NCBI GenBank assembly: GCA_030141605.1
Contig: JAQGDQ010000124.1
Location: forward strand, 510,490 to 574,489
DNA from: Tubiluchus corallicola
Lineage: Eukaryota; Animalia; Priapulida
DNA: 64,000 nucleotides
Direction: 5' to 3'
Position numbers and translations under genes: made by a program. Below are positions 12,283 through 26,704 of this stretch, piece by piece. The notes beneath the pieces were generated by a model. The model worked only from the letters and a program-made list of their open reading frames with translations. It had not been told where the DNA came from and did no database searches. Within the stretch, counting starts at the first letter, position 1; each line of letters opens with the position of its first letter.

Positions 12283-15045
12283 GATCAACACTCGTAAATA
12301 ATTGTTAAGTTCACTAGAATAGAAGACCGAGACAAGGTTTTTAGTGTAAAGAAAAAATCAGCTATGTAAAAGAAATTAGATTCTTTGTAACTAGCAAGAT
12401 GCACATTAACATATAAAGCCTCAAGGTCATAAAAGAGCTCTTTGTACATAAAGATAATATTGACATTATTTATTGATTTTAATTTTTTATTAATCTTGTA
12501 ATTGCGTATATTATTTTTTCATTTTTTTTCAATTTAAACAATATTGCACTGTTGCCAGACACTTTGTAAAATTTACTGCTCCAAATCTATGGAACACAAT
12601 ATCAATTTATGTCACAACACATTGAACATTTTATGGCTTTAAAAGATCCGAATTAATCCTAATTCTAATGCATTCTTTGGGTTTTGCCGTGAAGTGCGAT
12701 ACTCACAGTACATCCTGTGGCTGGTTACTTTACAGTTCTTATTTTCATACGTTTGCATCAAAGTCTCTGCTGAACTTTCTATTTCATTTCTCTTTGCTGT
12801 TTGTCTATCTTATTGTGTTGCTTTGTCTTTACTATTCTCTGTTTTTCTATAATAGTTTCTCTTGTCAGCTAACCAGTTTTTTCTCCACTTTTCATGGTGG
12901 CTTCACAAGCTTTGCTTCTTAACCACCATCCAGCATATGTTTCTGGTTGATAAACTATTACGTAGTTTAGTAACTGTATTAATATAGTTCTTTTACAATT
13001 ATTGCAATTATATTTGCATTTTTTCCCTAACTGTATCACATAATAGCATATAAATATAAATTTATTACAATTATTGTAACTATAATTGATTTAATTTATA
13101 ATAGTTATAATGTGATAATGAATATTGTAATTATGCTAAAGTGGGTAATGAATTACAATTACAAAAGTATCTTATTGAAGCACGTGAAGCAGACATATTG
13201 AGTCAATTATGTGGAGTTATCTGAGTCTATTATCGACAGTTTTTATATACATTTGAATAGAAGTGATCTCTACCAGATGTTTTTGAGTCAGTTAGGTGAC
13301 TGATTGTATTAACCATCTGAGTCTAATAAATGATGCCTACTGTATATATATTTACGCAATAATATATATGTGTATGCATATGTATACTTAAAATACCCGC
13401 ATTATATAATAAATAAAATATAATAAAATAAAATAAATAATCATAATAAAATAAGTAGTCATCAATAAAAAAATAAATAAATGGTTTGGACATACATTTA
13501 TTGCTGATATTTTAGAAATTTTGTGACTAACACATCGTGACGTTGTTAATACAATTAAGAATAATTGCAATAGTTTTTTCTGTCTACTCTTCTACAAGTC
13601 TATGAAAACTAATGTGATATGTCTGTGTTAGATTCATTTGTCAAGTTCATCCCATTAAGCAGACATTCACTTCTAATTAGTAATTCAGTAATAAAACTAA
13701 CTCTGCCATTAATTTTGCGTAAGTCCTATGCACAGACGCTCAAATGTCACTAAAATTTGCATTAATTTTAGAATTTTCCCTTAACGAGAATACGAGATCG
13801 GTTAGACATTTGCTAAAGGTTGTTCTTGTATCAGTTTGCAATCTTCCTTTTCCTGTCAATAGGGCAACACATGATTTTGTATACTGCTTCACAAGTATAT
13901 TGTTTACAATAAACATATACTTTTATAAAAACTTATATAAGTATAAAAATTATTGTTGATGTGAAGTTCTGTTTTTTGGTTAGTTTAGCTGCTGTACTGG
14001 TGGCATCAACTGAAATACCTTCTAATGTATTTTTTTGCTATTATTAATTTAACTATTTGGAGTGTAGCTTTGTTTGACAAGACTTTACAGTTCAATATAA
14101 TTTGCATTTAAAATTCTAACAAAAATATAAAATGAAAATAATTTAACAATAAAATTAGGTAATATTAACCAAGTTTGTGTTATTATCTAGAAATTATTTT
14201 TAAGAATAAAACTGAATCGAAAATAGGCTTAAGCTTCATTCGGAAATTTATAATACAAAAGTTTTCCTAGAAAATGAATTTCTAAACATCTAAAATGCTT
14301 CATTGTTGCTTTTGTGAAATGTAACAAAATTTAACAATAAAATGATGTAATATTAACTAAGTTTATGTTATTATGTCGAAGTTATTTTAAGAACAAAACT
14401 GAAGTAAAATCAGGATTAAGTTCAATTAAACTTCTATAAAGGATCATAACGTAAGCAATTCATAACGTAAACATTTTCCTAGCAAATAAAGAAAATAAAT
14501 TTTAAGCACGTAAAAAGCTGTATTATTGCCTTCAGAATGTTGAAGAATGTAACGATGATTGTGGCACCCTGTCCTGTTACAAAGGCTTTTCATTTGCTTT
14601 TTAGATGTTAAAGGCTATTGCAGTTTTATGCATAGACAGTTATGTAGTGTTCACTTATAATTGCAATTTCTTGCTTGGGCATTGCATTCACGAATGTGCT
14701 TATTTTTTAAATGTTTGAATTTTTATAATTTGATAGATTATGCAGTGATGTTAGCCGGTCAGACAATCACACTTTTGGGACTATAATGCATTAGGTTTAC
14801 AAAGTTGATTGGAAGGTAACCTGTATGTCTTAATGTATTTTGTACTTCAGCTTTTTTAAATAAATGTTCTTTAGAAATGTGACCATACATACGTAGAATA
14901 GTATTTTAGAATCTTACGTATTTATCTTATATTTATAAGGGTCATGTGGTTGATGTGATCTTAAATAGCCTATTTTTTTTACTTAGAGTAGTTCTATATT
15001 CCAGAACTGAAATACTGCTTGTTTTTCAGGTTTGTGCTAGCCATC

Positions 15046-15094
15046 ATGGCTGCAAGATTATGGAAGCCTATGTGTCATCTTTTGGAGAATGCAG
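15046..15094 (+). CDS. TPK1: TPK1 coding exon 1 ([16 protein letters not shown])
   Basis: Acceptor tttttcag at 15029, ATG in a CCATCATGG context, donor CAG|gtatg; phase matches the next exon. Confidence 0.8.
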
Positions 15095-18000
15095 GTATGC
15101 TGATAGGATGGTCTTAAAAATTATATGAAATTGTGTCATAGATTACTCGAAGAATATTATTCAAGCAACTTTTATTTTAATTTATTTATGTTTCTGATAA
15201 AGCTTTATAACTTTGAAATCATTTAAATTTTTTTTCACTAATTTTTTAATCTGTTTTGCATTTTAGCATTTTAGTCATAATAATTTTGCAGTTACATTTA
15301 ATTATGATATCAGCTATATGTATTTACAGATCTTTTTTATTGCTGCATATTTGAACTTTCGTCTCCTCTGTTGTATTTGTACATGCATTAAATATGCTTA
15401 AAGGGTGATCACATTTTACCATGTGATTTTTCTTAGTTGCACTGTGCTTATAACTTTCTCTTCTGAAGTTTTCTATATTTTGCTGTAAATAGTTAACATT
15501 AAAGATAGTTACAAAATTTTGGCCTGATACATTTTTGATTAAAAAAATTATTGCACTCAAGCAGTTATCTTTAAAATAATCATGTACAACATGATAGTTA
15601 TCTATATAAAATTTTTACAACAGTTAAGTTTTTTAGAAACAACACAGAAACAACTTGTGAGTTGCATATGTTTTATTTTCTCAATTGTTACTTACATAGT
15701 TATATGTTTTGTTAGTTTAGATTCTTCTCCATAAAAGTTAAATTCATAATGTTAATGCATCCAGTTGAATGCTCTTAAATCATGTCAAATGTCAAGTCAA
15801 TTTATTTCATGTAAACTTACTTTTCTTCTAAGTTTGTGTTTTGCGTGTAGTCATTGTGAAATGTGGTGGACTGAAAGTATAGTAAAAATGTTCTCTGCTA
15901 ACCTAATTTTCATTTACGTGGTTGTTTATCAAACAATAGGTCTACATGCCTTGCATTAATGAGCGAATATTTATTGAACTAAATGGTTTGTAGTATTCTA
16001 TGATTGTTTTACTTCCAGAATGCAAAGTTGCTCTTGTAATATTAAACCAACCTCTTACAGACTTGCGTACATGGTTCAAAACAGTGTGGCGAAAAGGTAT
16101 GCTAGTTAACTGTGAATCTGGCAGAAGCTTTTATAAAAAGCCTTCGTTTGTTGATTTTTTATTACCAGTGTATGTTTGCGTTTCGCATCAGAAGAGTGGT
16201 ACATAAATGTATGTTGCTTAAAGAACCTGCTGGCCACCCATTTCCTTACATCTTAACATGTAGATGGTATTGTCTAGGAACAATTTTATAGATTTTTATA
16301 AGCGTATGAATGAGACCGTCTTCATCCCAACATGTAATAAAAATTCAACTTACTTTAGTAACTAAAATCTTCAGATTTGACCAATTCTGTGGCAGAAAAA
16401 CTATGCGAACCTTTTAACACATTTCTTGAGCAAAATCTTAGAGACAATAAAAAGAAATATTGTGCAATAGTCTGTACAATTTCACTTAATCTTTTCTGTA
16501 TGATCAACTCAATCCTCTATGTCAAATACATTTGTAAAACCGGCGGTTTCAGTGATGCTGAACGGAAATGTAAAAAATATTGTTCTGTATTTTACAGCTG
16601 TTTTTCGGTCTTGTGTTGATGGGGGTGCTAATGTTCTATATGATGAAACAGTATCTCAAAATGGGACAAATACTACCATCCCTGACCTTATATCCGGTGA
16701 TTTTGATTCAATACGGCGCGAAGTAAAAGAATATTATGCTGAAAAGGTAAGAAAAGATCTCATTGCTTGGGAGTCGCAGTTTAATAAAAAACAAAGATGT
16801 TCATCAAAATCGTAAAGATCCACGTCTTTATACTGATTTCGAGCATCCCCGGTTCACCTTCGTTTGTGCTTTTTTTAGTACAAAAAACTTTCTAGGAAAA
16901 CTTATATCTTCTCCACGACCACTTTGTGTTGTCAGAATTTTTTATAATTTCTTTTTTAAAAACTGTTTTTAAAACTAATTTTTTTAAATTCTGCGGGTAT
17001 AGTCTTAGATGTTTGAGATTGTGCCTTTCTTTGTTTGTATTTTGTCTTTCGTAGATCTATTCTAGTATGCACTTAGAAAACCTATACATTTTTACAGAGC
17101 TGAGAATGTATTTAATCCAAAAACAATATCTTTATTTTTTGTTTTGATATCAAATGAATCCTTCTATCAAATTTAGAAACAGAGATATGAGAAGAATTTT
17201 TATATCGACAGTGGCCATTTTGAATTTCAAGATTCTCAAAAAAATGAAAAGATATATATGTATTTTGATATTCCGTATAGCCTGGCGATTACCAAAAAAA
17301 ACTGTAATTTAGCAAATCTTCAAAAAATTTGAACGAAATTACACAAGGAACTGGACAAACCTGCAGATCTTCAACTGTAAATATTATTATCTTAAAGGAA
17401 GACAGGATGATTTTTCATATACTAACCCATTTTCAAGTACTTTAAAAAGTATACATTTTAACACAATTATTAATGCAAAAGCGTTTCTGATAATTAAATA
17501 ATAGATTAAAATCTTAATTAACGGTGGGCGAGCCCAGCTATTGATGACATCACAAACTAACATAATGTTCAACAGCAAAACTATTTCACACGTGTTTGCG
17601 AAAGTGAAAATTGAAGAACTGTGCTAACTAGCGAATGGTGAAATGCGTGTAACAGCGAAGAACTAGTGGCGCGAACATGAATTTGTGTTTGTGTGGTAAT
17701 AATTCTTTCACATTAGTCATTTTTAAAAAAATAGTGTGTTCCCTTTCAATATTGTTTTGACCTACAGAAAGGGTCTGGTTTCGCTTTAATCATTCACTAG
17801 TTCTCTCAATATTTCCAAATTATCTAGTTTGGTTTTCTACTGAAAAGTTCCTAGTTCTAGATATGAATCGATCTTCTAATTTTTATTGTGAGCTAAAATA
17901 ATCCGTGGATAATAGAATATTCTTTGAAAGTTAAACTCAGATAATATAAATGTGAAGAATTGGTTTTGATTATAATTGTTTTTAATATATATTTTTCCTT

Positions 18001-20877
18001 TGTATTCTTGGCTGAATTTTGACATCAGGATTAATTAAATAGGTATACTCATCATCTAACTGATACTCTCAAAAACTACGATTGCACTTGTGCTGTGTTC
18101 TAATATATTAATTTAAGACCATTTACAGATTTATAAATAAAAAAATTGAGTTCTGTTAATCTGGATATTTTGTCTTGTTGTGTTCAGTCTCTTTTGTTAA
18201 ACTGTAATTTACTTCACTTATTGTAAATGCTGTTTTTTTAATATGTGGAAACAGGGGGTAGAAGTTGTGCCGACACCAAATCAGGATGAGACAGATTTTA
18301 CAAAGAATCTACGACTGCTGTTAGACAGAGTCAAGCGAAGAAACATTGAGGTAACTAGAATTATTTCATCAATCCAGACCAGAGATTGCTAATTTTCACA
18401 CTTGTTTTTTATTTTTTTTTGGCTGTGACGAATGTACAGTACCTAGATTATTGACTTTTGCTGCATTAACTGTCAAAGTTCATATGTTAATGAATGCCTA
18501 ATTTCAACAATGTAGGGATGTTTGAACTGTTGAAATAGTAAACTTGGAGTTACGTGAAATTTTGTGATTTAACACTAGAGTTTTGTTATTCCCTCAACCA
18601 AACATTTCTGTTCAGTACTTAAGAAATTTATTACATCATCGCATTTTTGCCTTGGAGAGATGAAAATTAAGGCAAAATCAAGTTGAGTCATACTAGCAAT
18701 ACGCAATGAAAACAGAGTGAATAATATTTTAGTTCACAAACAACAAAATATTTAATGGATAGTCTTTAGTCAAAAAATTTTTAGCTAGAAAGCCTTTTTT
18801 ATCGACATTTATGTTGACAGTAAATATATGTAAATCAAAAGATACTTACTTAATTGCTATTTTTAGTTTAAAGTGTTTGCTATTATAGGTGAACAGTATT
18901 GTGGCTTGTGTTGGTTTTGCTGGTATAGAAGGACGAGTTGACCACGCATTTGGGTTATTGCAGTCACTCTACCTAGCGCACACAATGACGGATTTACCTG
19001 TATATCTAATGGGTGGCCAATCCGTTTCTGTTCTTTTGCCACAGGTAGACATAGCCTATTAGCAAATTGTTGACTTTTTACACAATTGCCAGTTATTTTA
19101 TGACACGAGAAATTAAACTGTAGCATATTTATATATGCAAGCGTAGTTTATTATTATGATCTAGGATTGCTTGCTTATGTTGCTGATGCAGTTTGCTGCT
19201 CAGAATTTAGATAAAACCTGGGACACTGTCTACAGTTTGCAAACATTTTCAAACAAATGCACGTGCATTCACAATGTGCAGTATTTGCAGAAGCTAATTA
19301 GAGAATTGCAAAGAAATGGAATTGGATCGTATGACTAGGTCTTTATTCGGGTATAACTTATTTTTTCCCCGTTTCAACTGAGGTCCCGTTTTCTGAATAA
19401 GCTCTGCTGTGCATGGTGGTTTTTTATATTGATAGATAGTTTTCGGATAATGACTATGCGTCGTATGGCCGCGTAGATAAGACATGCTGTATCCATTCTA
19501 ACTCTGTGTAATAACTTTGTGAAGAGAAATTTTGGCTGCTGTAAATGTTGTTCTGCTTTATTGGTGTGCATGGGAACTAATTATAAATTGTAGCTAGGCA
19601 AACTATTTACTGCTTTTAATATTGTTATTAAACATAGCAAAAAGACCCTTTTTTCAATGCTAGGAAGCAAGAGGGAAAATAAGAATAAAATTGATCAAAA
19701 ATTAGCCCTTATTTTTCTTGTTTTGCTTACCATTTTATGAAAAATTGGTTCAAAATTGCTATGTGTGTCATCAGTAGTGCAGTCTGTTCGCTTATTAAAT
19801 TTTTTTTTTAAGAATTGACTCGTGATTCACTTAGATTTATTTTAAGTGATGTGGTAAATCTTCCAAGCGAAATGACATAAATGAAATTGGTTTGTTTTGA
19901 AAAATGTTTGTAACTTTTGAGCTACTGGTAGGGTAAATTTAAAAGTATATTTTTGACATTTTTTCCCTTAAAGTTAGATTGCTTTAATCGTGTCTCATAA
20001 ACTAATTGAAGTTTGTATTATTAAAATTGCTTGCATATATTAATTGGTAGTAGTTTTGCCACATTAAAGTCTGTATAATTAAACTGTATGTTGCCTTTGA
20101 TTCTCTAACATAATATTTATTTTTGGTTATGACTTTTTTGATAATTTATCTTAATTTTAGGGATCTCATGTACTTGAAGTTAATTCGGGATATGAAAACA
20201 GATACTGTGGGTTAATACCGATTGGTTGTCGCTGTGATAACGTGAGCACTCGAGGACTAAAATGGAACTTGCGTAAGTCTTATGCAAGTGTAAATACATA
20301 TATACCTATAGCACTAGTAAAATAGATACATGCACAGTGATGCGTTGTCTCTTGCTACTTATTTAAATATTTCATTACTCTGATGTCTGGAATATATTTT
20401 TATACTAGTAGTGAAAGTTTACTCGTTAACAGTGAAACTGAAACCTGTTTTGAACACAATTACTTCTTAGATTTTTGACAAAAAGCAAACTAGTTTTTAC
20501 GAAACCATGCTCTTAGATGAGTTTGCTGCGGACTTGGTCGCTATACAGTCTAAAAGATGCTGTAGGCTGTCAAATTGCAGCCAACCTGTGACAACAGCAG
20601 TCATAACTTCACTTTTTCGACAAGCAAAATCGTTGACCATTGTATTTGCAAGCCAGTAACTCGACTATACTACTTTTGTTGATCTATGTTCTAAGCTTAG
20701 TTGGAGCTGTTGTCTTTAGGCATTTTATTGTTTTTTTCTTCAGATAACACTAGTCTTGGTTTTGGATCCCTAATTAGTACATCTAATGAACTAGATGGAT
20801 CTGGTTACGTCCATATTACCACTGATAAGCCTCTATTCTGGACAATGAGTATTACATTCAGCAATAGTAAAATGTGA
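15046..20877 (+). CDS. TPK1: Thiamine pyrophosphokinase 1, 7 coding exons, 257 aa
   Basis: join(15046-15094,16019-16096,16598-16746,18255-18350,18889-19044,20161-20272,20744-20877) = 774 nt, all GT-AG introns, in frame. Motifs [54 protein letters not shown] and PLFWTM are colinear with vertebrate TPK1. Confidence 0.96.
16019..16096 (+). CDS. TPK1: TPK1 coding exon 2 ([26 protein letters not shown])
   Basis: ttccag| ... AAG|gtatg; LVILNQPL motif. Confidence 0.92.
16598..16746 (+). CDS. TPK1: TPK1 coding exon 3 ([12 protein letters not shown]...[17 protein letters not shown])
   Basis: tttacag| ... AAG|gtaag; catalytic DGG and GDFDS motifs. Confidence 0.95.
18255..18350 (+). CDS. TPK1: TPK1 coding exon 4 ([32 protein letters not shown])
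   Basis: acag| ... GAG|gtaac; QDxTDFTK motif. Confidence 0.93.
18889..19044 (+). CDS. TPK1: TPK1 coding exon 5 ([19 protein letters not shown]...SVLLPQ)
   Basis: ttatag| ... CAG|gtaga; GRxD motif. Confidence 0.92.
20161..20272 (+). CDS. TPK1: TPK1 coding exon 6 ([10 protein letters not shown]...CGLIPIG...GLKWNL)
   Basis: ttttag| ... |gtaagt; GLKWNL motif. Confidence 0.95.
20744..20877 (+). CDS. TPK1: TPK1 last coding exon ([20 protein letters not shown]...PLFWTMS..., stop TGA)
   Basis: ttcttcag| acceptor; STSN thiamine-binding motif; TGA at 20875-20877. Confidence 0.94.
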
Positions 20878-22163
20878 AACATGTGACACTGATTCTTAGG
20901 TGCTAATACACTGCACAAATCATTTGTATAAAGTGTCAGACAGTACTTATATTATTAGCAAAGTGTCTTGTATAGGTAAACTTGCATTTTTTATATAATC
21001 CTGTTGCTTTAGTGATGGTTGTCAACAGCAACCAGTTCTTTGCCACAATAGAGTTATGATTGCCATTGTCAACACCTGTCACAGTGTTTAGACTGGCTGG
21101 TATAGCAACTAAATTGCAGAGGTGTTATTTGCAACTTGTCTTACCTTGATCTGACTTAGTTCAATGCTCCATTGCTCAAGTGTTTACAATTTTTTTGGAA
21201 AGATGTGACAGTCATGTTACATATTGATAAAGTAACAATTCAGATTTAATTGCTCACCTGTAGAATTCAGGAAATGAAAGTGTAGACATTGTAGGTCTAA
21301 TCGATTATCTCTGTTGTGGTTTAGGTTTGCAAGCCTCTCTGATGCTGTATATAAGACATTTCATTTTCTTGTTCTTTGTGATATTGTAATTTGTTGCTTC
21401 ATAATCCATACATAATTCTAACATCGTTGTTATTGAGTCACTGATTCTCTTGTTGATGTTTTATTGTTTAATTTATTTTTGTGCACTAACATTTGAGTGC
21501 AAGACGTATTTTTCTACAACTTATCATAAGCTTGTAGAATTGTTAACTATTATTGTCACCTCTGCTTATAGTTAGTCATTTAACGATTGACCTTGCTGAC
21601 TTATTTTCATTGAGAGCAAACAAATTTTTTTTGTTCTTTATTAATAGGTGAAAATGTCTGACTAAGTATTAACGACTAGTGTTTCAGAAATAATATTAAA
21701 AACAGGTTTTTATCTCATGTGTTGCTATTAGCGAGGAGTATGTTGAAAAATTGATTTGCTTAGCTGAATGTTTCATATAACTCATTCTCATTGTTTGCAA
21801 GCTAGTGTATTTGTGAGTTCAGTGCAACTTAGCATTGAAGCTACTAGGCATATAGAGTTTAAAAAATCTATGATTTCTCCATTATGTACTGATATAAGAC
21901 TTAACAGGCCTACTTATTGACTACCTACATGTTTATTCTTGTTCTTTGAGCTTATTATGTATTATAATTATTGCTGCTATTGCTTCTTAGATATGCAGCT
22001 AAATGTGTTTTTTTGATGGTAGATAACATTCCCTAGGTATTTAGAAATTAATGTTAGAAATGCTAAGACTTTGTGCCTACAGAAAGGTATTAAAGTGACT
22101 GATGCTGTTATTAATCTGTAAACTTGGGATTTATTGTGAAGGTCTCAGTTTCTTAGACGATTC

Positions 22164-22373
22164 AAGTAATAGGCAGAACTGATAGACATTAAGCTTTTGC
22201 TAACATTCCTTCTGAGTTATTGAATGGCAAAGATTGTAGTTGCAATAGGTAGGCTAATGGTCTTAGTTTGTTAGATGATAAAAGTAATAGGCAGAACTGA
22301 TAGACATTAAGCTTTTGCTAACATTCCTTCTGAGTTATTGAATGGCAAAGACTGTAGTTGCAATAGGTAGGCT
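22164..22373. repeat. ~90 bp direct duplication downstream of TPK1, possibly in the 3' UTR
   Basis: aagtaataggcagaactg...aggtaggcta occurs twice, nearly identical. AATAAA near 22425. Confidence 0.85.
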
Positions 22374-23040
22374 ATTTTTACGTTAAACTTAGCTTTGTTG
22401 TTGTTAAAAATGTCATGAAATGTTAATAAACATTTAAAGTGAGAGATTGAGCTTGTAGTCATTGACTTTTGAAATTAAACTTGGCAAAAGAGAGAAGATT
22501 TGAAAAAGTTTGACTAAGTCTGGATTTAAATCTGGACAATTTTGATCAATCCATATTCTGACCACTACACTTAGAAATAATTACTGATTAATAGAACAGT
22601 TATTAATATCCTTAATTTTGGGGTTATCACTAAATAATGGAGTAAACCCACAGTCATTATTTTTTATTAAAACTTGACCAAAACAAAGAATTGTGAGAAT
22701 TTGCAATTGAGTCTAAATTTTAACCAGGAAGCTTTTGGATATGTCCAATGCTTGTGGTCTAGCCAAATCTTAATTTAAAATATACTCAAATTATTAGCTT
22801 ACTTGTTCATTCAATAGTCTTTAGCGGGCTAGTCTACTGGCCTGCTAAACCATCATCATGTCCTTTAAAAATGTTCCGTTTTTTTGTAATAATTGTTCAA
22901 ATTTCATTTAATTTTAACGGCCCTGCAGCTGTAAGTAAATTAAATAAACCGTTTCTATCAATATAAATATTTTTTATTTTATTTTTTAACCTGAATAAAC
23001 TTATCTCAGCTTATTAGCCCACTGTGTCCTGATTTTGCAT

Positions 23041-23193
23041 TGACTACTGCAAGCTGCTGCAACCACATGTAGGTTCATGATTACTGCAAGCTTCTGCAAC
23101 CACATGTAGGTTGATGACTACTGCAAGCTTCTGCAACCACATGTAGGTTCATGACTACTGCAAGCTTCTGCAACCACATATAGGTTCATGACT
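23041..23193. repeat. 37-bp tandem repeat, 4 copies
   Basis: Unit tgactactgcaagcttctgcaaccacatgtaggttca. Confidence 0.92.
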
Positions 23194-23579
23194 CAGTCTG
23201 TTCTTATTTTAGGCCTACAGAATTGTATCGTCCATTTGACTCAAGTCTGGCTTAGGGTCAAGCCTGCAATCTTTAAATTTCAATGTCGATGTCGGTTACT
23301 ACTTTATTTTGCAACTTTTATGGGACGGTGTTCTCAGGATCATTCTTGGTTCACTCAGCAAAAGCCGCTACCTGTCGGAGGTAATAGACAGATGCAAAAT
23401 AAACAAGCTCTGTAAAAGTTAACGCTAAATTTATCTTTATGGGCAAATAGGAATCTTTACTGTTCACATAAGTTTTGAGGAATCGGATGGCTCCCGGAGG
23501 AGACGAAAAGAAGAACAAAAAACAGAGTTCAGGTAGCAATAATACGACAAATTCGCTCAGCCAGAGAGCGGTTACGAGA

Positions 23580-24312
23580 CAGTTGACTCTTCGCTGACGA
23601 CATGTTTCTTTTTATCAGACACCAATTTACAGTCTCTCCAAAATCGAACTAATTCTGAATTGTTAAAAGTCAATAATTGGATGTTAGCCAACAGCCTGTC
23701 AGTAAAGTACATGCTAATTGGAAGGAGCATATCACAAAATGAGAAATTGCTGTTTAATTTAAAAATAGGTAACCATGATTTAGTTCAAACCAACTGCATT
23801 AAGTACCTTGGGCTCCAAATTGACAGTAATATAAAATGGAAAACTCATATTAATACTATAACAACAAAACTAAGTAAGACTGCAGGTATATTTGCAAAAC
23901 CACGTTACTTTATTAATATGCCAATCCTCATAATGATATATTATGCTTTAGTGTATCCATACTTACAGTACTGTGTGCTGTGCTGGGGAAAAACTAAGCA
24001 ATATATACTACAACCACTTACCACCTTACAAAACAAAATTGTTAAATTAATTACATTCTCTCATTACAAAAGGACATGCTACACCTTCGTATAAACAGTA
24101 ATATATACTAAAAGTCTGCGATATATATAGTGTGGAACTCTAAGTTTATGTACAAGTACAAGTACAAAACAGGCACTTTGCCAGGTATATATAAGAACTA
24201 TTTTTTAAAAATAAACGAAGTCCATTCATACTCCACGAGATCCTCAAAAAAGGTTTCTACTTACAAAATAGGTACAAGACAATATGGCTTGAACTCTCTA
24301 CACCGTTTATAA
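23580..24312 (+). mobile_element. 5'-truncated CR1/L2-group LINE remnant (RT C-terminus)
   Basis: LFADD near 23588, then NWMLANSL, KYLGLQIDSNIKWKTHI, YYALVYPYLQYC..WG and HSYSTR; frameshifted. Confidence 0.88.
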
Positions 24313-26527
24313 AGCCTGCATTGGGCTATGTGGATGCAGAAAAACTGATTGCTCCCTCTAGCAATTCTTCTGCAGTGGCTTGTGGAAAAAGGTCAAGGTC
24401 ACTTGTTACCTGGCAACATCACACTACTGGACATGTATGCATTATAATACACATTCGCTTAGCCTGTTTGGTAAAAGCTATTACGTAATTTATTCAACAG
24501 CTACTTTGCACACCTAGATATGCAGTAATGCAATTATAATTCTTATAATGGGATATTCACAACATCTACATAAAACAACATTCAGTATAAAAACAGCTGG
24601 AAAGGACAAATTTCAGTTTTTTCACACCTGTCAGAAGCCAGACACTTTTTACTTGCAGAGAACACTGGTTTAGTTGGTAATGGTGGACGATCTCTCTGCA
24701 AAATAATAAAAGTTTATAAAATTGTACTGAAGTTAAAACACACAAAAACACATTTTATACAGCATGTACACAGAATCATCTACAAGTAAATGCAGAGCAA
24801 ATTTAATCACAATAAGTCACAAAAAGTTTATTTTGCAAAAACATTAGACTACTCGCCCTACTGTCGGTGGAAAATGCAAATACATGCAAGAAAAGTTGAC
24901 GTTCTGTTAATACTGCGAATTCAGCGATTCGTTAAGACCAATACAAGGGTCAGTGGTTTAATCCGTTTGACATTCTTTATAATTTCAGCTATGTGATCTT
25001 TAAAATTTAGTTTATTGTCTAGTAATAATTCAAGGTTTTTCTCACAAGCACTAAAGTTGAGTGATGCCGGAATGCCATTTACCTCATACATGTTATTTTT
25101 TACTCATATCCAGCTCTCACAGACACAAACTTTGCACTTGACGGGAAGGAACTGCATACCATTTTCAACTGTCCAATCGTAGAGCCATTCTAGATCCAAA
25201 TGCAGGTCACTACAGCTATACTTTAAGACACAAAAATATTGAAATTACCACACAATGTACACATATGAAATGTCTTGCTCAAAACTGTAAAAGAAATTTA
25301 TAATCATCCTTAACTCCAGCTGGGTTACTTAGTTTATACTTTAGGGAGTTCAGTTATAGTTTGTTAAGATAACTATTCTGTTACTTTGTTGGGTTATTTA
25401 ACGCTATTACATTACCATCTGTAACTGTTTTTTATTGCAAAAGTTTATGACAACGAGATCATCAAAAAGCAAAAAATAGTATTAATAATCTCTAATTTAA
25501 CGGTTTGAATAGTTTATACATGTCGTTGATAATTGTAGCTGCACCTGCAAAAAAAGATTGTTCAACTACATGGGAGGATAAGGGTTACTAACTGCACAGT
25601 TTCATTGAAAATGAGCGGACCCAAACATGACATGGACGGGACTTTAAATTAATTTTACTAATTACACGAGGCGCTGATCAAAGTTTTACTGCTGAAACTT
25701 TCTAACATTTTTGAAAAAAATTAGAATAAGCTGAACATTCTGAAAGACTTAGTTTTTGCTTTAAAGCTGGCTGAAAGAAGTGGAATTAAGCAAACTTGTG
25801 TGTAGAACGGCAGCTTAGCAGGCAGAATAATTAAATCAATTAGAACTTAAAGTCATATTATAAGAAAGCCTGCAATTTCCATTAAAAGATATCATACGTA
25901 GGTCAAAATTAAACATATTTATCAATCGAATTAATACGTAGATAAAATTAAAAAGTTTACATTTTTCAGGTAACCTGATTGCAAAATAGTAGTGTAATAA
26001 ACATCATATCAAAAACAATGTTTTAATAAAAACAGTTGTTAGGTTACTACTAAGAAAGTGGGAAGGGCTGACAATAAAAATACTGCTGTTTTCGTCTAAT
26101 CATCCATGTAATATTTTTTTATCATAATTATGTTATCGTATTGCTTATAGCGATCCTTTTGTATGCTAATTTTTTTTCGTTTCCTAAATTAGCTCAATTC
26201 AAAAAAATATTATCGTGCTTTTTAAATTCCCTTAATTCATTATCTACCAAACACTTTGTAATTCTGTAAATTTTGACGAGACTTTCACCTCACATTTGAA
26301 GAAAAGAGCAATTTATATCGAATAATAATGATAGTGTTTAAAGCAAAGTATTTAACAACCCTGTTCAAGCTGGTGAAACATAATTTATTTTAAGTCGTTT
26401 AATCCAGTTGTGTATTATTATTATAATATATTATTATTTAAATCATTAATAAATGATTATAATTATGATATCTGACGAATCGAGCGATGACGTACCAGAT
26501 CTTCACTAAGTGACTACGTACACAGGC

Positions 26528-26704
26528 AATGACGTCATAAATACTCACTCTTTACCTGAGTGACAACCGCGTCTCTTTGATTTTTATCGTTTTACCTAAC
26601 AAATCTGTAAAGAGAAGGATGCTGTTCTTCAAGCAAAAGAAGACTTAGTGGAACTTTTGTTTGTCCGAGGGTGCACGCGTAGAGTCCAAGGAAGACAGGT
26701 ACAC
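26528..26704 (+). promoter_or_regulatory. Putative promoter/first-exon module 1 (A-related)
   Basis: TGACGTCATAAATAC. Ends in TCCAAGGAAGACAG|gtacacaga, which resembles the ends of the modules at 33.5 and 38.3 kb. Confidence 0.4.
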
